This document shows positions 61,610 to 64,000 of a stretch of 64,000 nucleotides of DNA, piece by piece. The first letter of the stretch is position 1; every line of letters starts with the position of its first letter. Under the pieces are notes generated by a model. It was given only the letters and a program-made list of their open reading frames with translations, searched no databases and was not told where the DNA came from. Origin of the DNA: Candidatus Sumerlaeaceae bacterium (lineage in GTDB: Bacteria; Sumerlaeota; Sumerlaeia; Sumerlaeales; Sumerlaeaceae); the NCBI GenBank assembly GCA_049968255.1, contig JBMFRB010000003.1, positions 224,998-288,997 on the forward strand. Reading direction: 5' to 3'. Both the position numbers and the translations under genes were made by a program.

Positions 61610-63502
61610 ATGGCGGACGCACCTCAGTTCTCACCAGCGGCGGGCGGCGATCACTCCCGCGCCGCGCCGGAGTCGTTTACCGCTACCTTTGTGCTCGGCC
61701 TGATTGTGGGACTCACGGCTGCTGCCCTCTACCTTCCAACGCTGCGCTATGGCTTCGTGTGGGACGACGTGTATTTTGTTGTCAAAAATACAACAATTCG
61801 CACCTGGAGCACGTGGCGCGATGACTTCACGACGTCCACGGCCTATGCAGCGATGGTGAATGCCGCTATGTTTCGACCCGCGCGCAACTGGAGCTATCGC
61901 CTCGATTGGATGCTAGCTGGTCTCAACCCTGTTTGGTGGCACGCACACAACGTCCTCCTTCATGCGGTAAACTCTATGCTTGTCTTCACTTGGCTGCTTA
62001 GTCTTCTCAAGTGGCTTCATCTGCAACAGGCAGATAGCGGCAATGACTATCGGCGGCCTTTGGCGTTTATCGCCGCTCTTGTGTGGGCCGTTCATCCTGT
62101 CCACACCGAAGCTGTTTGCTGGATCAAGGACCGCGACGAGCTGCTCTTTACGTTTTTTTCATTGCTCGGTCTCCTCCTCACCGTTGCTGAGGCAAGGCGC
62201 AAGGCGCCGCGTATGTGGGCGAGAGTTGGCATCTTGCTTTTCACGAGCCTGGCCCTCCTCAGCAAAGAAATGGCCGCCAGCTTGCCACTTCTCGTCGGGC
62301 TCCTTGCCATATTTGCTCCCCGTGGGTGCACAAAGCGACCATATTTTGGGGGCATCATGACTTTTCAGATCGCCGTTGTTGTGGCTTACATGTTTCTGCG
62401 CCACCGAGCGCTCGGAGGAACGGCTCAATGCGGTTACCTTTCCGGAGCGTTTCTCACAGAGATGTTCACAATGGTCCGCGCTGCCGCGCACTACGTGGTT
62501 CTTACGTTATGGCCCGCTCGTCTAGTCGCGGACTACAGCCATTTCGAATCCACACGCACTCTCTTTGAGCTGCGATGGTGGCTGGCCCTTGGCGTTGTCC
62601 TCGCCACATTTCTGTTCGCTCTCATTGCACGCCGGCGTGCGCCGCTTTGTACGTTTGGAATCTTATGGTTTTGGCTCGCCCTTCTCCCCGTCTCGAACGT
62701 CATTCCCACTATGCAGTTCTTGGCAGAGCGTTTTCTCTATTTTCCCCTCATCGGAGCTGCCCTCGCCCTTGCCGGTGTTTGTCGTGCGGCACTTGCGCAT
62801 CGTCACACGGTTGGCACGGAAGTATTGGCCTGGCGGAGAGCATTTGCTGGTCGGATTGCGCTGCGCACACCGCGCCACACCCAGCTAGCGCTGGTCATGG
62901 CCTTGATTATCACGGCGCTTGTTGCGCGAAGTGTTTTGCGCATCGGCGTGTGGCGCGAGGAGGTAACTCTCTATGCGGCCACACTTCGTGATGCGCCCCG
63001 CAACGGCCGTGCCTTCATCAATGTGGTCATAACTCTTGCCAACCGCGGGGATGCGGTGACCGCCTCGAATATGATCACGCGCTTTTATGCCAGCACCGAC
63101 CCTGTGTTGCGCAGTGTGAATCCGCAGATGCTTTTGCGCGCCGAAGCAGCTGTGGCCACGCGTCTCGGGGAATTTGCCAAGGCCGCAGAACTTTGGCGCC
63201 GTGCCCTACAAACTGCACCCGCGGACGTGGATGCCCTGTTCGCGCTTGGGATTTGCGAGGGAAATCTTGGAAACCATGAAAGTGCCTTGCGCTGTTTCAT
63301 CGAAGCGGCGCGCCAGGATCCTTATCTTCCAAATCTTCGCCGCAATATGTTCTTGGCGCTGCAAAATCTTGGGCGCCACGCGGAAGCGAATGCCTTGGCG
63401 CGTGGCGCCTTAAGTATAAGCGATCTTGCAACGACCTCGTCAGCCCCCATGCCGACACGGCCATTATCCACTAGTCGCGGGGCCAAACAAGACGCAAAGT
63501 GA
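61610..63502 (+). CDS. TMTC-like membrane protein (GT-C/DUF1736 + C-terminal TPRs), putative protein O-glycosyltransferase
   Basis: GFVWDD, FRP, HNVLLH, AVHPVHTEAV, LLSKE, LWPARLVADY, LLPVSN..AERFLYFP, W..E..L, then TPR helices. Confidence 0.85.
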   Translation: MADAPQFSPAAGGDHSRAAPESFTATFVLGLIVGLTAAALYLPTLRYGFVWDDVYFVVKNTTIRTWSTWRDDFTTSTAYAAMVNAAMFRPARNWSYRLDWMLAGLNPVWWHAHNVLLHAVNSMLVFTWLLSLLKWLHLQQADSGNDYRRPLAFIAALVWAVHPVHTEAVCWIKDRDELLFTFFSLLGLLLTVAEARRKAPRMWARVGILLFTSLALLSKEMAASLPLLVGLLAIFAPRGCTKRPYFGGIMTFQIAVVVAYMFLRHRALGGTAQCGYLSGAFLTEMFTMVRAAAHYVVLTLWPARLVADYSHFESTRTLFELRWWLALGVVLATFLFALIARRRAPLCTFGILWFWLALLPVSNVIPTMQFLAERFLYFPLIGAALALAGVCRAALAHRHTVGTEVLAWRRAFAGRIALRTPRHTQLALVMALIITALVARSVLRIGVWREEVTLYAATLRDAPRNGRAFINVVITLANRGDAVTASNMITRFYASTDPVLRSVNPQMLLRAEAAVATRLGEFAKAAELWRRALQTAPADVDALFALGICEGNLGNHESALRCFIEAARQDPYLPNLRRNMFLALQNLGRHAEANALARGALSISDLATTSSAPMPTRPLSTSRGAKQDAK

Positions 63503-64000
63503 CAATCTTTTTCGGCCCCACGGCGAGATCCAGCCGCCGTCCTCCATCCTGTAATTCGAGAGTTTCTTCCAAAAGCTCCTCGAGCGAGAGGCGTTCGGCG
63601 CGCACGAGTGGCAGGCCGAAGTACAATCGCGCAATTTGTTGGCGCTCCGTGGCGTTCCAAAACCGCAGGACCATGCCCTCGCCGTTTTCGGCGAGTTTGA
63701 TTCCACTCATGATAAGCTGGTCGCCATCGAGTCGGACAAAGCTCGCCTGTCGCGGTAAGGGGCCGTGTGTCGGAGCCGAGAGCAATGCCTGCAGCGGGGC
63801 CACAAGCGTCGCCACGTGTTCGAATACTCGGCTCTCGCTCCACCCATCGCGGTGCGGGTAAAGAAGAAAACGGTAGACGTGATCGCCAAGGCATTGTGCA
63901 CCCGGGGTAGGGCGCCCGAACACGAAAGTCCCAAAGGCGCGGAGCAGCGTAATGGCGATCGTGCGCGCCGCGTCGTCTATCACTTCGTACTCGATAAGGC
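63471..64000 (-). CDS. GH38 alpha-mannosidase-like protein, C-terminal part (runs off the window end)
   Basis: EYEV..TIAITLLRA..TPGAQCLG.H.YRFLLYPH, SGIKLAENGEGMVLRFWN, LSLEE, PKKIVTL match GH38 C-terminal beta-sandwich domains; frame open to the window edge. Confidence 0.75.
   Translation of the reverse strand, partial: LIEYEVIDDAARTIAITLLRAFGTFVFGRPTPGAQCLGDHVYRFLLYPHRDGWSESRVFEHVATLVAPLQALLSAPTHGPLPRQASFVRLDGDQLIMSGIKLAENGEGMVLRFWNATERQQIARLYFGLPLVRAERLSLEELLEETLELQDGGRRLDLAVGPKKIVTLRLVWPRD

Overview
A gene-dense, GC-rich bacterial chromosomal segment with about 41 protein-coding genes. I saw no rRNA, tRNA, CRISPR array, transposase or prophage. Housekeeping genes: tsaE, mgtE, fba, truB, murB, accA, gltB, glnD, pbpC. 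There is a heme A/cytochrome oxidase assembly operon (ctaA-ctaB-ABC exporter-sco-DUF420). Envelope and glycosylation genes are numerous: four GT-C-type membrane glycosyltransferases, two GT4, a GT2-methyltransferase fusion and a polysaccharide deacetylase. Carbohydrate-use genes include GH57+CBM, a partial GH38, an orphan MalK-type ATPase and an orphan sugar-binding lipoprotein. Signalling proteins include a PAS histidine kinase, a Ser/Thr kinase-TPR protein and a PAS-GGDEF-EAL protein. The pilin-like gene and a C-terminal VxDWxLY tail suggest Candidatus Sumerlaeota (BRC1); this is from recall and unverified. The standout is the 5'-truncated gene at 1-6450 (>2100 aa). It fuses a DnaG-type primase zinc-binding domain, about 1750 aa of TPR-like solenoid containing ~386-aa super-repeats, and an intact DnaA AAA+ domain III lacking the DnaA-box-binding domain IV. 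All calls come from reading motifs by eye; no database searches were run.
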